NCBI GenBank assembly: GCA_965153455.1
Contig: OZ234493.1
Coordinates: forward strand, 28,696,213 to 28,760,212
Direction: 5' to 3'
Length of the DNA stretch: 64,000 bases
From: Sphagnum compactum
Taxonomy: Eukaryota
The position numbers were made by a program, and so were the translations under genes. A model generated the notes under the pieces. It saw nothing but the letters and a program-made list of their open reading frames with translations. It had not been told where the DNA came from and did no database searches. Shown here in pieces: positions 1 to 14,199 of the stretch (its first letter is position 1; each line of letters starts with the position of its first letter).

Positions 1-326
1 AAAAACTAAGCCCATTTTCACACCCTTGTGATGTTGACTTCATCCAAAATTTGGTATGAATCATTTTGAGTGAAACTATCGAAACTACTTTTATCCCTTG
101 TTGCACACAAAATTTAAGAAAAAGGAGTCTTTAGTAAAGGAGTGGTTAAATTGCAAAAGGGATCAATAAATAATATGCCAGATTTTTTTTAACGACATTG
201 AAAAGATTAAAATATAAAATCCCATATTTGAAGTGAATCTTTCAGATTTTGACCTATGAAAAGTTTCAAAATTTAATGTGTGATGTCTCAAATTGCAAGA
301 GCGGATTTAAAGTTTTTTCTTTTGGT

Positions 327-456
327 GGAGACTTATGTTCATCCTTCTCTGCAAGAGTGCACCAAGTGTTTGAGAGTTTTGTCTCTTTTTTATGGAGACT
401 TATATTCATCCTTCTCTGCAAGAGTGCACCAAGTGTTGAGAGTTTTGTCTCTTTTT
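327..456. repeat. Two-copy ~66-bp tandem duplication
   Basis: ggagacttat(g/a)ttcatccttctctgcaagagtgcaccaagtgtt(t)gagagttttgtctcttttt occurs at ~327 and ~394. Confidence 0.9.
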
Positions 457-1097
457 CGGAACTTGGAAATCGGTGGGTAAGGGTAGTAGGGTTAAATGTA
501 TGCCCTTGGATCAACAATGCTCAAAAATCAAAGGATTGGGTTTCACCCTTGACCAACGGTTCTCAATAATCAATCCTTGAAGCGGGTTTTTTTTAAAAAT
601 AAAAGAACCTACACTAAACCACTAGAGTTTTGTCAATTTGATCATGAAACCCACTGGTTATGAGAATGTTTAAATACTCCAACCAAAAGGTTCTTTATTA
701 ACCAAATCTGAGAACTGCACGACAGTGGAATCATGTATGCTTCTCTACACTACCATTGTGCTTATCATCCTCCCTCAAATATATGGGAAATATAGAATCT
801 ACACAAACCAGATTGAAAGGGGTTGAGGGTTAACTGAACATATCTTGTTGTTTGGGTACATACATGTTGCGGTTATGTCCAAACAAGGAAAAGAGAGAGA
901 GAGGAAAATGCAGAAGCTTTCCTTGCCAAACAAACACCATACTACACATGTTTATCTATCTCCAAAAAAGAATGAAAAGACATAGGAAAATTAGACATGA
1001 GCACACAAACAAACGTACATCAGCAAAAGGCAATATGACAATTAAAAAACAATTAGTCTCAGCACATTCACACCTCAACTATTACTACTAACCAGTG

Positions 1098-1120
1098 CTC
1101 TCTCTCTCTCTCTCTCTCTC
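1098..1120. repeat. (CT)n microsatellite
   Basis: Perfect CT run. Confidence 0.95.
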
Positions 1121-1945
1121 ACTTGTTCTGTAGTTCATGCAACAGCTCAATGCAACATTTGCTTGTACTGATATTCAGCTGTTGATTGATAAGTGCAAAA
1201 AACCAGCAGCTGTGTAAGGTTTGTCATACTGCTAATATGAATCTCAATATTTCATTTGGGTGACAGCATCTCCAATTGTTGATATGTTAAGCAAAGCAAA
1301 ACAGGATTCCATTCTCTTCTGTATCTGACTACCACACCAGCAGTTTTGTCTTTTTCATCTGTCATAAGCAAAACCTCCAAAGCAAAGAAGCAGATTTTCC
1401 CAGTTCACCTCGCTTGCAAACCAACACAAGGAATCACAAAGCACAAACCCAGGAATCATAGGGGAGAAAGAAAGATGAATCTGGTGTATCATCTGTAGAT
1501 CGAAGTTCAAATGAGTAAGTACCAACTCTCTTACAGGAAGGAGACCAACTAACCTTCCATAGAAAGCATTGTCTGGTATTTGTCTCAGCATGAACAATTA
1601 TCTACAAACAATTCATACATATAGCAGTCGAGAAAGAGTAATGTAAGGTGCAGAAAAGAAACACATGAGAAATTACAAGGGTGCTCAGTACTGAGAGAAC
1701 TCAATGTGTATACAACACAATGAATACTTTCTTTGCTTGATAAACAGGGGGCAGGTACAGGAGTTTTCAATAAATTCACTCCGTTCATCTCAAAAGAATC
1801 CCCGATGTTCAAAAATTTAGGAACAAGAATCAGATGAATTGAAAGCTTCATCTAAATTAAGCCCTAAAGAGCAAAAAGAAATTGGGAATAAAAATCAGAT
1901 GAAAAGAATCCCTGGCTACCATGTGTGTACATTCATGTACACAGT

Positions 1946-4900
1946 TTAGTCAACTTCCTCAATCTTTGGTCCAGCACCAGATGATGGAATATCATCATCA
2001 GCATTACCATAAGAGGGAACTGGACCATCAGCACCACCAGCACCACCTTGGTACATGCGTGCAATGATTGGGTTGCAAATACTCTCCAGTTCCTTCATCT
2101 TATCATCAAATTCATCACTTTCAGCAAGCTGGTTTTGGTCCAACCATTGAATGGCAGCTTCGACAGCATCTTCAATCTTCTTTTTGTCAGCTGGGTCCAA
2201 GTTGCTTGCAATCTTGTCATCCTTGATGGTGTTCCTCATGTTGTAGGCATAGTTCTCCAAGCCATTCTTTGACTCAATCTTCTTCTTGTGATCTTCATCC
2301 TCGCTCTTGTACTTCTCAGCATCTTGCACCATCTTCTCAATATCATCCTTGCTCAACCTGCCCTTGTCATTGGTGATGGTGATCTTATTCTTCTGGCCAG
2401 TAGTCTTGTCCTCTGCAGACACGTTCAAGATGCCATTCGCATCAATGTCAAAGCAAACGGTGATCTGAGGAACACCTCGTGGAGCAGGTGGGATCCCAGA
2501 AAGCTCAAACTTTCCAAGCAGGTTGTTATCCCTAGTTCTGGCCCTTTCTCCTTCATAGACCTGGATCAGCACTCCAGGCTGGTTGTCAGAGTATGTGGAG
2601 AAGACTTGCTCTTTCTTAGTGGGGATAGTGGTGTTGCGAGCAATGAGGACAGTCATAACTCCTCCAGCAGTCTCCAGACCCAGTGACAAGGGTGTAACAT
2701 CAAGAAGCAGCAAGTCCTGCACCTTCTCATTACCCTCACCACTCAAAATGGCTGCCTGTACAGCAGCACCATATGCAACAGCTTCATCAGGATTGATGCT
2801 CTTGCAAAGCTCCTTTCCATTGAAGAAATCCTGAAGCAATTGCTGCACCTTGGGAATTCGAGTAGATCCACCAACCAACACAACATCATGAATGGAGCTC
2901 TTGTCCATCTTTGCATCTCGCAGACACTTCTCGACGGGCTCCATGCACTTCCTGAACATGTCCATGTTCAACTCCTCAAATCTTGCACGAGTGATGGTCG
3001 AGTAGAAGTCCACACCTTCATACAAGGAGTCAATCTCAATTGTGGTTTGAGCAGTTGATGAGAGGGTACGCTTCGCCCTTTCAGCTGCAGTCCTCAATCT
3101 CCTGAGGGCTCTTGGGTTGCTGCTGATGTCCTTCTTGTACTTTCTCTTGAACTCTTGCACAAAGTGGTTCACCATTCGGTTGTCAAAGTCCTCACCTCCA
3201 AGATGAGTATCTCCCGCAGTGGCCTTGACTTCAAAGATACCTTCTTCAATGGTGAGGAGGGAAACATCAAAAGTTCCACCACCCAAGTCAAAGATCAACA
3301 CATTCTTCTCACCAACACTTGTAGCCTTCTTGTCAAGACCATATGCAATGGCAGCAGCTGTGGGCTCATTGATGATCCTCATCACATTCAGACCAGCAAT
3401 GACACCAGCATCCTTAGTGGCTTGTCGCTGAGAGTCATTGAAGTAGGCAGGAACAGTGACAACAGCGTTTTTAATGGTGGAGCCAAGGTACGCCTCAGCA
3501 ATTTCCTTCATCTTGATCAGGACCATAGAGGAAATCTCCTCAGCAGCAAAGGTCTTCTCCTCACCTTTGTACAGAACTGTAATCATGGGCTTGTCTGCTG
3601 CCCCAGGAGTGACCTTGAATGGCCACAACTTAATATCACTCTGGACTGAGGCATCACTGTATCTCCGGCCAATCAGTCTCTTAGCATCTGCACAATAAGA
3701 AGTAGCATTAAGCCCATCAGATCAACCAGTCACAAAAACAAGATATGCATATTAACCCAATACAACCTCACGAAAGCAACGGATCATACAGTGACATTTA
3801 TTCAAAACAACTGTATCAGAAGGCATGAATATGTAATCAAACAGAGACATTTACCAGGCACTAGGTAAATCTAAAACTAAGGATATGCTCCAACAAATGT
3901 CATCCCTTAGCTCAGTAAAAACAGGGTTACCAACCAAATCTTCCACAGCATCAGAAAAGAATGATAAAACGTGCCAAGCAGAAAGACAAAGAAAACATGA
4001 GATCTAGGCTAAAGACTTAAACTACACAAAGTGACGGAAAGCTGAACATGGTCGACAGTACACTACTAGTGCCACATCAAGTTTATAGATCCACATCTTC
4101 AGGGCATCACAGAAACGACAACAACGATGTCCAGCAGACACACAAAAAAGTTAGCAGAAGCACAGGACTGAGTAGGTGTATGCTTAGAACTCATGATAAA
4201 CAGGAACATGATGACGTGCACACACAGGAAGAAAGGCAACCCGTGGCAAATGGAATGTCCAAAGAGACTCCCATAAAGCAGGTCCACAGTTCTTTAAACC
4301 AGGAGACGACACTAAAGCTATAAAACCTGAAAAAATGCACTCCACAGAAGACTACAGTAGCGATCACACATGGAGACGCAGCGAGACAGTAAGATCCAGG
4401 ATGAAGCAAAATATCTAAAATCACAGATCTGAGTACAATCGAGAACAGATCTAACGAAGACTCACGCAGATAGCCGCAAAGCCCCACCCCCAACTACGAT
4501 GACTCACAAGGAGGTGACAATGATGAAACCACCAACCAGAACCAACATCAACAACAAAGTAACAACAACACCGAAAGAACAATGAAGTCGCAAACCACAA
4601 CAAACATCAACAACAACACCGAGACGACAATGAAGCCAGCAACCACAACAAACATCAACAAACGAAGTAACAACAACATCGAGAAAATAATGAAACCAAC
4701 AACCACAACAAATATCAACAACACAGAAACAGCAACATCGAGACAATAATGAAGCCAGCAACCACAACAAACATCAACAACAAAGCAGCAACGTCAAGTA
4801 TCAAGAGTCATGAAGCAACGGAGACGTACCGAAGACGGTGTTGGTAGGGTTCATGGCCACTTGATTCTTAGCCGCATCGCCAATGAGGCGCTCAGTATCA

Positions 4901-5037
4901 GTGAAAGCCACATAACTGGGAGTGGTTCTGTTCCCCTGATCGTTAGCGATGATCTCGACACGATCGTGTTGCCACACACCAACACAACTGTACGTGGTTC
5001 CTAGATCGATACCGATCGCCGGTCCTTCTCCAGCCAT
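1946..5037 (-). CDS. HSP70: Cytosolic heat shock protein 70 (HSP70/HSC70), 649 aa; exons 5037-4830 and 3687-1946
   Basis: Exon 1 reads [45 protein letters not shown]...NTVF. A phase-1 GT..AG intron (4829-3688) splits the Asp of VFDAKRLIG, the conserved plant HSP70 intron position. Signatures [18 protein letters not shown] and [14 protein letters not shown] are present, and the C-terminal GPKIEEVD marks the cytosolic class. Confidence 0.97.
4510..4790. repeat. Degenerate CAA-rich ~50-60-bp minisatellite in the HSP70 intron
   Basis: Repeated aatgaa(g/a)cca(g/a)caaccacaacaaa(c/t)atcaacaacaaca...gagac units, about 5 copies. Confidence 0.85.
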
Positions 5038-5239
5038 GACTGCAAACTTCTCTTGTTCGGAAAAAGTAAAAGAACACCAAAACACAGAAAATAAGATGTC
5101 ACTACTGCAAACTCGATCAAAGCTATCAAAACTACAGCTCGGAAAGCGCGAACGAGCAACAGGCGATGAAGGCAAGCTCGATCACGACGAGCTGCGAAGA
5201 GAGTCGAGCAGAGGGAAGAACTCCGACGGCGCTCGCGCT

Positions 5240-5582
5240 GCTTTCTAGGGCGCGCCCCTCCTCGTTAACCCCAGATCTTAACCGCGGTTAGTTTTCGGCT
5301 CTTTCTAGAACATTCCCAGAGGGAAATTTAACTAGAGAAGCTCGTGTTGTGCTTTTCTAGGGCTAAGTCGGCCTGCTGATTAACCCCGGATATTAACCGC
5401 GGTTAGTTTTCGGCTATTTCTAGAACGTTCCAAGGGCAGAAGTAAACCAGAGAAGTGAACGTTGTGCGCTCGTGTTGTACTTTCTAGGCCTCGACAGGCT
5501 GTTGGTTGAGCCCGGATATTAACCGCGGTTAGTTTTCGGCGCTTTCTAGAACATTTCCAGAGCAGAAGTAAACCAGAGAAGC
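5240..5582. promoter_or_regulatory. HSP70 promoter: three tandem ~115-126-bp modules, each with a heat-shock element and a TAACCGCGGTTA palindrome
   Basis: TTCtaGAAcaTTC at 5303-5315, TTCtaGAAcgTTC at 5418-5430 and TTCtaGAAcatTTC at 5544-5557. ttaaccgcggttagttttcggc starts at 5278, 5393 and 5519. The HSEs lie about 270-520 bp upstream of the ATG. Confidence 0.88.
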
Positions 5583-5924
5583 GACGGTGGTGAAACTAGC
5601 CCGTTTGAAATTAAATAACCATGGTTAAGTTAGTGGAAAGAAACCGACCACACAATGGATACCCCTAAAGTAACTCGTTTTCTTCTTTTTTTTTCCTTCC
5701 ATCTTTCGGGGCGGAGGAGGGGGGGGGGGGTGCTAGTTTTATTTTATTCTCGGAAAATAGGAAAAACCCAATTCCAACTGAAGTTTTGGAGCGTCAGCCA
5801 ATGGCAGCTCCTTATTTCTCCCCCCTCCCTCCCCCAAAAGAACAAATCCCCAGGATTTTGTCCAAAGTGGGATTTTTAAGCCCGGAAACGCGATCCGAAC
5901 ATTCTGGGCCAGAGTGAAGCATCA

Positions 5925-6305
5925 CCCACCACCAGTGCACGATGAAGGATGAAAGGAAACTGGACAGGAAACAGTTCTCTGTTGGGTTCCAGTTGCTCAG
6001 CTTAACCATGGTGGTTAGCCGAGTTGCTTCTTATTTTTAACTACCTACCTTTTACCAACTTGCTTGAGGGTTGATACTGAGAAGGTAGTAAAAGCAGTCC
6101 TTGCCTATTATGTATAACCCACTACTTACCTTTGTAGTCACCTGTTGTCCGTCCTACCTATCTACCCATATCTAGGACTTACTTTTGACACAAGGGGTTA
6201 CTAAGGTGGAATCAAATCTTGACTAGGGTTTAATTATTAACTTTAGTTGAGGTTCATCCACAACTAAGTCATAATGGGCATCCAATGGATGGTGCGCTAG
6301 TAAGT
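5925..6305. mobile_element. Non-autonomous MITE-like dispersed repeat, copy 1
   Basis: Colinear homology with 38754-39091 (ccaccagtgcac.atgaaggatgaa...ctgttgggttccagtt...aaccatggtggtta...ttgaggttcatccacaact...gggcatcca.tggatggtg). Ends are imperfectly inverted. Confidence 0.75.
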
Positions 6306-6579
6306 GGGTGTTGTTGGTTCACATTGCTTCTCAATGGACTCAACCAACATGGCTCCGAGATATCGCCTTGTTGATGATCCAACCGTCCATCACTCCACTC
6401 GCCAGTGAGAACGTGAGAACGTGTTCCCAGAAATCTTCCAAAGCCAACCCAATTTGCAAAAAGTTTGTTCTCTGTGTTCCAATACAAGGACTAAACAAAG
6501 GGGTTAAACAAAGGGTTAGTTTAAGCTTTTGTTTCATTTGTCCCCTTTTTTGTTTTGCCTATCGGATCTCAAAAGAGGA

Positions 6580-7140
6580 GAGGACCTAAAGAGCTCAGCT
6601 AGGAGAGGTCCAAAAGCATCATCAAGAGGAGCAAAAATTAGCTAGAAGAGGTCCATAAACATCATCAAGAGGAGGAGAGAATAGTTAGGAGAAGACTAGA
6701 AGCACGATCCAGAAGAGCTGAGTTCAGTTAGGAGAGAACCAGAAGCACCATCCAGAGGAGCAGAATTTAGCCAAGAAATGAGTAGAAGCACCATGAAGAA
6801 GAGCTGAGTTCAGCAAGAGGAGGATTAGAAACATGATCAAGAGGAACCAAACTTAGCTAGGAAAGCACTAGAAGCATGATCAGGAGGAGGATGAGAAGGG
6901 GAGGACCATAATCATAACAAAGAGGAGCCGAAGTCAATGAAGAGAGGGCCAAAAGCACGAACAAGAGGATTCAAACTCAGCTATGAAAACACCAAAAACA
7001 CCATCAGGAGGGTGAAAAGAGAACTAAAAGCACGATTAGGAGGATTTGAACTCAATTAAGAAAGCACTAGAAGCACGATTAAGAGGCTAAGAAAAAGACC
7101 AAAATCGTGATTAGTAGCCAAATTCAACAAGGGACTAAGA
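6580..7140. repeat. Degenerate purine-rich tandem array (~45-bp units)
   Basis: Recurrent agctaggagag...agaagca(c/t)(c/g)atcaagaggag motif. Confidence 0.75.
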
Positions 7141-7199
7141 GGATCCAAGCTTGGAAACGTAGCTAGCCTTCAACAGAGCACTAGCATGCACAATTTTTA

Positions 7200-7450
7200 A
7201 ACCTATATTTTTTCTTGGTTAAACTTATATTTCTTGGCTAAACTTCTATCTCTTGACTAAACCTATGTATCTTGTTGGCTAAACTTCTATCTCTTGACTA
7301 AACCTATGTATCTTGTTGGCTAAACTTCTATCTCTTGACTAAACCTATGTATCTTGTTGGCTAAACTTCTATCTCTTGACTAAACCTATGTATCTTGTTG
7401 GCTAAACTTCTATCTCTTAACTAAATCTATATTTTTTCTTGACTAAACTT
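7200..7450. repeat. 41-bp minisatellite
   Basis: ggctaaacttctatctcttgactaaacctatgtatcttgtt: three perfect copies plus degenerate flanking copies. Confidence 0.92.
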
Positions 7451-10400
7451 ATTAAAATTCAACAATTTTTTTGATAATTATGATTAATAATTTTTTCATC
7501 CATCTTGTAGATGGGATAGGTGAAGTTTTGTAATCAACATATTATTGTTTTGATAATAGGTGTCAAAGCAAGTTATCATAAGATGTTATGTGTTTGTCTA
7601 AATTTTTTCCTCATTTTTAACTACCCTAAATTTGGTGGGGCATATCTTTATCATTTTCCATCCAAATTGAACAATTTAAAAGCATGTGGGTGCACAATCC
7701 AATGGTCTACACTTTACCTTCAGACTACAAATAGAATGGAGGCCACCTATATAAAAGCTCGGTGATTGAAACTATTGATGTTCAATCATTGGCCTATTTA
7801 CCCTAATGGGGTTGGGGCTAGTTTTTTCTAATAATTTGCTTATGTATATAATTATTTGATATTGAAAATTTGGTGAATTTTTCTATTTCTAAAATTAATT
7901 GATATTTTACCACTTTTTCTTTTCTTTTCAAATTTGTGGAGTAGGTGGGTTGATGATCATGCATAAAAGGACTTAGCTAGATTTGGCTCAAGGTCAACAA
8001 AAGGCAAGTAGAAAAAATTAGGATTCTTCCTATAATTTGACAACTTGAGCCCATTTTCTTCAAAAAGAATCCATTGAACTTTTCACACCTTCCTTTTTTC
8101 TCTCACCATGTCGTCAATATATTTATTTATTTACACCCAAAAAAAAATTTCTCAACTTTTTTATTCGAAAAACAACATAATATATTAGGGGAAAAAACAT
8201 TGAAACTTGGGGCAAATAGACTATTTCATTGTTCCCCAAGGATTCCAGAATTACTCCAAGGACTCAAAGGAAAGCCATGAATGGGACAATGCAATGGTAT
8301 TATGCCCCTTTCCCCCCTAACAACTCAAACAAGGGAGAGCAAATTACTTGAATAGTTTTTGAAAATCGCTTACCCATTGACAACCCAATCATTTTATTGG
8401 TGATAAGTTTGTTATCATCACTACCATAACACCTTGGCAACTTCAACACATGAAAATCTAATTAATTTTGAAACTTTCATTTGGACACGTAAATTTTTTT
8501 TGAAGATTCAATATTTGCTTTCACAAAATTCTATTCTTTAGGAAAAAAATTGAAGAAATTTTATGTCTTAGTGATTTTGAACTGGTTTAAAAGGCTAAAA
8601 TTTAAAGTTCTACATGTGCTACATATATAAAAATGGAGGTAATGATTTGGTATTTCATTTATTTCAAAAGTTATATTCTATTGCTTTGTTAGGTATAATA
8701 ATATACGAATATGAATCTAAATTTGAAGTTCAAATTATAATTTAAAATAAAAAATTAATGAAAATATCATGGCATAAACCTTCTACATTTTACACCTTTA
8801 TTATTTTAACAAGAGCAATAATGATTCCTACCTACAACTTAAACAATGTGTGTCAAATAAAAATTAAGGCCATGGGCTTTACCAAAATAAGGGCATGTGT
8901 GAGGTGGGGCAAGTGTGGCGGGGCAAGTGTGGCTTGATGGGTATAATGGAAAATAAAAGGAAAAAAATGTGGGGCATTTTGAAAATGGAATGCTTGCCAA
9001 AGTGGACGTCCCATTTTTTTTAAATATCACAAATAACAAAGGAAAAATATGCTAAATAAGGTGCTTGACACACCCAACGAAACAAAGTAATGTTGAGACC
9101 ATTCAATGACACATGTATTGAGTTGAAATGAGGGCCAAGCTCAGGCGAACACACAAAGGCTTACCTTGGCAACAATGGAAGATTGCATTGAAAGAAAACT
9201 TGGGCAATTCAAGTGTTTGGCTAAATAAGAGCCAACATTAAGGCAAATGAAAATGCCTTGAAAATGTATGTTAACCCAAAAAGGGACCTAAGCATTGACT
9301 CAATGCAACATGTCACATATTGTTAAATTTTTGGTGCCTTGATGAGACCAAGATAAGAAAATAACCTAAGTGTCACAACACCACAAGGTAAAGGACTAAA
9401 TGTTTGATGCAAGGTTCAAAGTGAATTAAATTAATGATGACTGTGATGTGCAATCAAGGTAGTTTAAGGAACAACTTGCGCTAGGTTTTGGACAAGCACA
9501 AAAGGAGCTTGGAAAAAAAGGTGCATTAGTTGATATTAAAGTTGGTTTTTGCCACCTTATGTGAACATGGATGGGAAGTGTTGAAGAAATTGTTGCCCAA
9601 TTTATACATAAGATAAAGAATAACATGCTTCAAAAGGATGGGATGGAGGATACACCTATCAAGAATGACATAAAGAACTTGGGAGTGAAAGAAATTGCAT
9701 TGACACCTTTAGACTTCCCGTCAAAAAGAAAGGGAAAAAACCTCATAAGGTGTTCTCTAAGGAGCAAAAATATGTGCTAGTGAATGAGGTAACATGTCAA
9801 GGTGGTTACAAGTTAGACTTGCACATTTTCAATATATGCCACATTCTCAAAAATCCATATTTTAACACTAAAATGAAAAAAACCCCTAAAAAATCATAAT
9901 TAATTGTAGATTGTGTGGTGATTAATGAACTAACAAAATTCAAATGAACAAGACTTCAACTAAACAACTTTTTGACAACATAAATCCAACAAAAAAATGA
10001 CTAAAATGGGGACTTTTGAAAGTAAGTTATTTGATCATTCAAAAATTCATAGTTTTATTGGTTTAGGTTTTTGGAATTCATGTCTACTTTTAAACATATA
10101 TCACATGTTGAATATCTATAAGACATTTTGAAATGAAATGATATTGTGAAATACATTGAACTTCATGCAAATTTGAGATCACAATCATCACTGCATTTCA
10201 AAAACCCATTATCATATATTTGGTGTATATTTATTGAATTTTATCATTATATACATATTTTATCCAAATTGACAATTTTAATCCATATTTTTAATATGTC
10301 ATATTGATGATTTTATCATATGTTTATGACATTTGAATAAATTACAATTTTGTTCACAATTCAATGTGATGCAAAAAGTGAACCACCTTATTTTACAATG

Positions 10401-13239
10401 ACCTCACAAAGAGTCACTAACAAAATGATTTAGGAAATTACTAACCAAGTAGCACATGAGGGAGAATCTCATGGTGAAAAGGCCCAAGGCAAAGTAAAAT
10501 CAAATTTGGGAGCAAAACTTGTGGCCTTTCCTATAGACTCAAATGCAACAAATTATTTGATGATCATAGACATAGGTCAAAAGGTTTTAGAACTGGAATT
10601 GAACTTTAAGGTACCTCATGGGGATGTTGTAATTCTTGAAGTTCCTAAAGAAGGGAAAACCTAGAAGAAACAAATCCCTAAGCCACCTAAAACACTTAAA
10701 GTCACAATTATTAGCAGAGGCAAAGAAGTTTGCATTGGAATGGAAATTGGCCCTAAGTTGAATAAAACCAAGGATGCCAAAGTTTGTGTTGCGTCATTTT
10801 CAATGTTTAACAACTCCACCTCCCAACCAATTAATGGCAAAGTTGACAAATTTGATGGAACTTGAACATTGATGTGACCTTCACCCTTGTTGAGCAAAAT
10901 CTAATTTTGTTATCCATACAACTGTTGAACCATCAACCTTTTTTGGGACCAACTAGTGGCTCATCAAGTATTCAAAAGATTTGAAAAACAAACATCACCC
11001 TATCGAGGTATGTTTCGAAAAAAATGCAATGAAAGATGAGGAAGTCAAGCACGAGGCCAACATAAGGATTTTGTTTGAATCCAAGTTGCTCAAATCCTTC
11101 ATTAAGGAATAAATCTCAAAGAATGAAATGTGGCACTAGATAATGTAACTTGAAATGCATTACAATATGCATGGTGTCATCGATAGTAGGTATCATTGAT
11201 GGTTGGTGAAAACCTTATTGTGTAGCCATGTCTTGGAAAACTGGGTGATGGAAAATGTAAACCATTCATTAGTTTATGTGGAATAAAGTAGAATAATTTC
11301 AAGTTGATGGTCAAAGAGATATTTGTTTTGAATAACCTAACTTTGAAAAGGTGGAATGGCCATGATGGAATTGAAGCAAGTGTCATGGATTGATGGTGTG
11401 GTACATTGAACTTTAAAATCTAATGTTTTAAACTACATGTGCCAATGAAAGATAAATACGCCAAGAAAGCATCCTTTCGCCACGGGTTGTGGCCTTGGGG
11501 GCACAATTTTTATCTTTCAACATAAGGAGGTGCTCAACACTTGCAATGAATTTATTGGGTTTGTTAAGTGCTTGGGAAAACCTTATATTTGGGAAAGATT
11601 TGTGGGAATTGGAGCTGACCATAAACGAAAGGATCAAGGTAGCAAACATAAATGGGGGTGAGAAGGCTATCATTATTTGGTTTTTTTTTTAAAAATTAAT
11701 CGTTGGTCTCAACTTTTTTTTTTTTTTTTTTTTGGATGGAGCATTTAGTCTGGTCTTGAAACCAATTTTTTTGGATTGATAAAGCATTTGATTTCAATCA
11801 TTTTCAAAAATAATTTAAAGCTTATCCAAATTTTAAAAGGTTTAATTACATTTTCATTGCACACAACTAACCCAAACAAATCTAATTAGTTTGCTCAACT
11901 ACTACACACACTCCAAGATAAAAATGAAATAATATTAAATCATATATAACCGATCAAATGGAATAACTTGTTTAAAATTTTAGATAATTTTCAATCAAAT
12001 TATAAGTTCGTATACCTAAAAACACAAACCCTTTAAAAACATGGAAACACCTTTGGTTTAGTTTCTAATTCAATGTTGAAAATAAGTTAATTTTTCAATT
12101 AAGTTCCATTGGCGATTCCAAAAAAACTTGAAGCCCCTAGTCCCAAAAACATTAAACTTTATCCTTGTAATTTGACTTTAACCTATTAAAATCCAAAGAA
12201 CCTACCAACACGAGATGAGATATATGATAACAATAAAATATCTTGCCCTAACTTGAATAAAAAACTATGGAAGGACCTAGGCAAAACCAAATGCTACAAC
12301 TACAAAAAAATTAGAACACTGGAATGTTATCAATTTTAAAATGGTTCAAAATCATCTATGGGTATTAATTATGAAAGAATTAATGAGCCCATCGAAGTGC
12401 AATCAACAATGTGAAATAAAACAAACATTAAGATAGGTGTGGGCAAGATGTTTCAAATGGGGAGCTTGTGGAATTACTAAAGACTTCATTATGTTATCAA
12501 GTAGGTTTTGGGGCCCACATCATTTTATGAAGGGTTAATCCTAAGTTAATTTCTTTAACAAAAAGAATTAGACCCATGCCCTAGTACTTTGGCCAATTTG
12601 ATACTAATTATATTATTTTTAAAAATGTTGAAAAATTTCAAAATTATTTTTTCAAAATCAAAAAATATTGTGAAAGATAGTAGTGAATATTTAAAAAATT
12701 CCATTTGTTGAAATGAAAATTTCATAATTAATTAATTATTCGATGGACAAGTGTTGAAATGGCCAAGGTACTACAATAGTATTGGGATGAGTTTAGTGAG
12801 TGCAATAATAGAACTAAAACAACACTCAAAGTGTTTGAACAACTAATTTTTATTTTATTTCAATTCATTTTTTGAAGAAAATTTGCAAAAATGTTTATTT
12901 CATTTAATTTTGCAAATGTATTTTTTCATGATGGGATGTTATTTTGAAGACTTGGAATTCATTCCAACTTGTTGTAAAACTTGAATCAGCATTTGGAACA
13001 ACTTCAAATATGAATCCAAGGTTTGAAAAATCTAGATTTTTTTTTGCAAAACTAAATAATTTTTTAAAAAAGGTTATAATCTAGATTAAATGTTTCAAAA
13101 ACTAAGGGAAAGTAAATTTTACATGAGCTAAGGTGAAAGAAAATTGCATGATTGAAAAACAAGTTTTTAATGTACATGTGTAGTTATTGGGATTAAATTG
13201 AAATCAATCCAAAAGAAAAGGAAAAAAGAAGCCAAATGG

Positions 13240-13860
13240 GGTTTATAAGGCTAATAATGATCAAGTTGAATGGATCATGATCCCCTCAAATTGGCAAACT
13301 TTTAAGTAAGTTCATTTATGGTTCAAGTCATAGCCAAACAACTTAATAACCTCCTTAAGAAGAAAGGTGAAAGGTTTTATGTGAAATGGATAATTTTTTT
13401 TTAAAAATAAGAAAAATGGAAAGGATGACTTTCAAGGCATGCTCATGTTGGAGTTCTTAAACTTCTCATGATTTTGTGAATGCATCATGACGCAAGTGAT
13501 TTGTGTTTGGGTGTGTCGATGTGGTTTATGTTGAAGCAATTGCACATCACCTTACTTGGGAAGGATACTTTCTAAAGCAAAAGAGTTGAGTAAAGTGTTA
13601 ATACATGGCCCATTGTTTGATAAGAAAGTTGGCAATTGTAATCTATTACTTCAAGCATTAATAAGTCCATACTTGGTTACTAAAGGCAAGTGCGACTAAA
13701 AGTTTTGGCAAGTGCGTCATTGGGATTCCCCAAAACACAATTGTCATATCAAGTAGTGGTGGTGATGGTGTGAGTACATCTTAGGACATGTGATTTTACG
13801 TTCACTCATGAGTTGGGTATTTGCATGAATATTGCCAAAGTGTTAAGTCATGTAGAAATG
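13240..13860 (+). mobile_element. Heavily decayed Ty3/gypsy RT-RNase H relic
   Basis: Broken frames give LANF..KFIYG...IAKQLNNLLKKK, DASD and WPI..KLAIV motifs, resembling the RT thumb/RNase H junction. Many stops and frameshifts. Confidence 0.5.
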
Positions 13861-14199
13861 GAAATATTAGGGAAAACCTTTGTATGTGAAACAAAGTAAG
13901 TCCACAATGAAATGTGCATTAGGCAAATAAGTTGGAACATAGGGCTAGTGGTAATAAGTCAAGTACCACCTTGTGAGTGAATTATTTAAGCATGAGAAAA
14001 TGCACATTTGGATTTTGATTGGCAATTGTGTTCGTAAGGCCATACAACATAAGACATGACATTCTAATTAAGTGGGGACACTATGGTGAATAAACCATGA
14101 GTTGGTCATAAGCTTATGTTTTATGGGGCAAGTTTTGAACACACATGTGTGTGCTTGTGTTAAGTGTTGTAACGTTACATTCAGGTGGGTGGTAGGGGC

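Noticed and set aside
2048-3698. Plus-strand ORFs overlapping HSP70
   Set aside because: Antisense shadows of a conserved coding strand.
8300-11700. Short ORFs suggesting a gene
   Set aside because: AT-rich and stop-riddled, with no consistent splice chain or family I could recognise. Probably old TE debris.
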